From assembly GCA_028534125.1 (NCBI GenBank), contig CM052818.1, forward strand, positions 42,720,001-42,784,000: DNA of 64,000 bases, in the 5' to 3' direction. The translations under genes and the position numbers were made by a program. Of this stretch, positions 60,831 to 64,000 are shown in pieces (positions within the stretch are counted from its first letter, which is position 1; each line of letters opens with the position of its first letter). The notes below the pieces were generated by a model that had not been told where the DNA came from, did no database searches, and saw nothing but the letters and a program-made list of their open reading frames with translations. Source of the DNA: Lama glama. Taxonomy: Eukaryota.

Positions 60831-61399
60831 ATGAACCATGAATTTAAAAAAAGTGAGAAGAAATATAAATGTATACAAAAAAAAAAGATATATAGGAGAT
60901 CTCAGAAAAATGCTCTGCTCCAGTTCTTAGGGGAAAAATCAAAAAGAAAAAGGCTTGTTCTTTCTGAGTGAGAACAAAGGAACTCTCCATGGTCCTGCCT
61001 TGGGAATTTGGGATGGTGGGAACCTCAAAGTAACAGTGTTTATTTGGCATTTACTGTTTTCAGTATGTACTTTTTCTTTGGGAACTTGTTGAAGAGGAAA
61101 GGTGGTTAAATGCAGAAAAAGAAAGTTTATGTTCTCACCTAACCACATCTTGATAACATCTATAATGACAGCTACATTTTTGGTGCACATTTTGCAGTAA
61201 CTCAAATACAGTGGTCTTGCAGAGTGAGGGCTATGCTCTATCATCTTCATTTCAAAGATGCTAAGAATCCCAGAAATTTTAAGTACATTACTCTGGCCAT
61301 AATGGTAATAAGTTGGAATTTTAGATCCAGAGATGACTCTGAAATCTGACAACTGCTTATTACAGTACATCATTGAAAAATAAACAAACAAATTTGCCA

Positions 61400-61605
61400 T
61401 TTATTACCCAACTACTATGGGTCCAGTACTCTATTGGGTGCTCTACAATGATTAGTTTTCAGTCTTTAGAACAAAGTTGTAGATAACAAAACTGAAGCCC
61501 ACAGAGATTTAGTGGCACCATCAAAGCCAAATGGCCATTTTGTAGAAGAGCAGGGATTCAAGCCCAGCTCTTGCTAGCTCCACAGTGTATACTGTTTCCA
61601 CTACA
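61400..61605 (-). mobile_element. MIR
   Basis: 'atttattacccaactactatgggtccagtactct...aaaactgaagcccacagagattt...agagcagggattcaagcccag'. Confidence 0.7.
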
Positions 61606-62261
61606 AAATTAGAGTCTTCTCACGGGAATCTAGACAGTGCACACCATTAGGGACTGCGATCTTGGAGTAGAGGCTGGCATCCAGATGTGATAACTGCGGC
61701 AAGCATCTGGGTCAGATAAGGAGAGCACCCCCACTGGCATTGAGGCCAGTGTGCGGAGCTGGAGCTGTCTGCATTCTGCGTGTTTGGTCAAACTGAGCAG
61801 TCTAAGAGGGTGAGTGATTTCAGTTATGGGAGAAGAAGGGAGGAGTTTAACTTCTTCTCCATTAGTGACCAATGTATCTGGGACACTGCATTGAGGTGGC
61901 CTCCTGAATTTGGAAATCCTAGATAGGAGAGACCCTGAGGCCCAGAGCAAGGTGGCACTCCTCTGGTCTCAGCAAGCTGCTTTTAGAAAAAGGAACTTCT
62001 TGGAACCACTCCCCCATTGTGTGGAGCATTTTCCAGGCTTTTCAGGCAGTTCAAACTAAATTTGAAAGCCTGCTCGAATAATGTGAATGAATAGGCACTT
62101 GATAGATAAAAATCTCCATTATCCTGCAGAAAGCACCCCAGCCTGGGAGTGAGGAAACCTCCTGCTCCCAGTCAGCCATCTACCTCCGCATGACCTTGGA
62201 CAACTCACTTTTCTCAGGGTCTCAGTTTTCCTGTTTGTTTGTAAAATAAGACATTGTTAGA

Positions 62262-62370
62262 TAGTGAGACCAACTTCTCTCAGTTTTCTCAGGACTGATC
62301 TAGTTTTAAAACTGAAATTCTTGATTCCAGGAGCTCCCCCTCAGCACCTCCACAGTGGGCAGGTTCCCTA
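62262..62370. mobile_element. MER81-like hAT-Blackjack MITE (copy 1)
   Basis: 'tagtgagaccaac...cagttttctcaggactg...gttttaaaactgaaatt...ccccctcag...cccta'. Flanked by acattg on both sides. Confidence 0.6.
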
Positions 62371-62496
62371 ACATTGAGATACGTGATGTCAGTGTCCCCT
62401 TCCAGTTTAGATCTCCAACTCCAAGTCCCTCCCCCTCTAGTCTTGGGTTTCCCATCTGTAAAACTCTTGATCTGGATTCACGAGGGGACTGAAGCA

Positions 62497-62588
62497 TGGG
62501 GTCACTAACTATGCTGATTTCCAGGCTGAAGTCCCATGGCCTGGGGAATCCCTCAGTCCCAGGCAAACTGGGACAACTGGTCACACTA
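62497..62588. mobile_element. MER81-like hAT-Blackjack MITE (copy 2)
   Basis: 'ctgaagtcccatggcctggggaatccctcagtcccaggcaaactgggacaactggtcacacta'. Confidence 0.75.
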
Positions 62589-63207
62589 TGGACGAGGCCC
62601 CTTCCTGCTCCGACCTCCTAGGTCTTTGTGCTACAGGCTCACATGCTGCAGTGGCCAGGCCTGACCTCACCGGCCAGATGAACCCCTGGTTCTCAGAACG
62701 TGGTGAGCAGGAAGGGCTGAGCTGGCAGGGTTCCGAGGCTCATGGTAAGTTCTTCAAGGTGTCTCTTCCCCGGCAACTCCACATAAAACTGTTTAATAAG
62801 ACAACAACTAAATCGCTGTCCTGGTTTCACACATGTGTTTGCACAGGAAAATAGCTCACATGGTTTTCTGATGAGGGGCTATAATCAAGCTCAAAAGAAA
62901 AAACTCGTGCTGGACTCTGGTGTGGACCAAATTACTCTATTTCTGGAAGATAATCCTATGATCCTTAACCAAATGACTGATACTAGGAAGGAGACTCACG
63001 CTGGCACTTCCAGGATAGAGGTCAATACAGGTGACCTGGCTTGGTTATTGTTAGGATTCCTTGGGGAGGTGGTAGAAAGAGCCTAAAACTTGGAGCAAAA
63101 CACTTGGGATCACACGCTGATGCCACCAGTTACTTGACTGGGACACTTCAGTGGTTCTCAGTTCAAGGAACCTCACTACCTTTCTGTCGAAAGCGATGAA
63201 GGTGCAG

Positions 63208-63420
63208 TGGTCGATGGTATCATTTTTCAAAATATCCTCTGCCCCTCCCGGGGCTGCCTCTCCCTAAGGGGACACTCCTTGTATAAGGGGGTCATTTTTC
63301 CCACCCATTGACATCAAGCTTAGCTCTGTGATACCCTTAGGGCCAAGGGGATGTGAGCAGAAGCTTTGGGAGGTGGCTTGTGCTTCGCCGTCATCTCTTT
63401 TCTCTCTGCAACAAGATTGG
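63208..63420 (+). mobile_element. Old MaLR LTR fragment (MLT1H/I-like)
   Basis: 'tttcccacccattgacatcaagcttagctctgtgatacccttagggccaaggggatgtgagcagaag'. Confidence 0.6.
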
Positions 63421-63997
63421 TCTATTAGTTTGCTAGGCTCATTAATAACCTACAACAAACTGTGTGGTTTCAACAGTAGAAATCTCTGTCTCACAGTCAG
63501 GAGGCTGGAGGTCTGAGATCAAGGTGTCAGCATGACTGGTTTCTTCCTAGGTTTTTTTGATTAAATTTTTTTGGGGATAGGTAACTAGGTTTATTTACTT
63601 ATGTATGTATTTTTAATGGAGGTACTAGGGATTGAACCCACCCAGGACCTTGTGCTTGCTAAGCACGCTCTCTACCGCTGAGCTATACCCTCCCTGCTCT
63701 TCCCAGGTTTGTAACAAAGAATCTGTTCCATGACTCTCCCCTGCTGTTTGGTAGCTTGCTGGCGATCTTTGGCATTCCTTGGTTTGATCCCTACCTCATC
63801 TTCATATGGTGTTATCCCTGTGTGTCTGTCTCTGTGTCCAAATTTCCCCCTTTTATGAGGATGTCAGTCATACTGGATTAGGGCCCACTCTAGTGATCTT
63901 ATCTTAACTTGATCAACTACAAAGATTCCATTTCCAAATAAGGTCACATTCACAGGTGCTGATGGGTTAAGACTGCAGTATCTTTTGGGAGACACAG
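63421..63997 (-). mobile_element. MaLR solo LTR, MLT1C-like, interrupted by a SINE
   Basis: 'tattagtttgctaggct...gtctcacagtcaggaggctggaggtctgagatcaaggtgtcagca...cagtcatactggattagggcccac...atttccaaataaggtcacattcacaggt'. Confidence 0.9.
63555..63697 (-). mobile_element. tRNA-Ala-derived camelid SINE (vic-1-like), long-tail form
   Basis: 'aggtaactaggtttattt...aatggaggtactagggattgaaccc...tgctaagcacgctctctaccgctgagctataccctccc'. TSD tcttcctaggttt (63542-63554) / tcttcccaggttt (63698-63710). Confidence 0.92.
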
Positions 63998-64000
63998 TAT

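Noticed and set aside
1..64000. CRISPR array, prokaryotic operon, viral insert or NUMT
   Set aside because: No regularly spaced repeats, no long ORFs, and no mitochondrial or viral homology recognised. The content is ordinary eutherian repeat-rich DNA.

Overview
Mammalian non-coding DNA, most likely camelid (camel/alpaca/llama). The evidence is three tRNA-Ala-derived SINEs matching the camelid vic-1 type, cetartiodactyl-style L1 3' ends, and no recognisable Alu, B1, Bov-tA, CHR or PRE-1 SINEs. I find no credible protein-coding exon, true RNA gene or CpG island. The only ORFs with recognisable homology are decayed L1 ORF2 and L2 reverse-transcriptase remnants. Much of the window is old interspersed repeat: MIR, L2, L1, MaLR MLT1 solo LTRs, ERVL/ERV1 LTRs and hAT/Tigger MITEs. 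Between these lie unique blocks rich in homeobox/FOX/SOX-type motifs that look like distal enhancers, plus one strong CTCF motif, so this resembles a regulatory gene desert. I did not find a new biological system. The most notable observations concern transposon behaviour: all three camelid SINEs sit inside MLT1C/D LTRs; a three-layer nested insertion contains a chimeric L1 piece; two inserts share the same 5' start point in the L1 3'UTR; two ERV1 LTRs form a divergent inverted pair; one L1 shows a twin-priming inversion; and there are local inverted and direct duplications. Repeat subfamily names come from recalled consensus sequences, and boundaries without a stated target-site duplication (TSD) are approximate.
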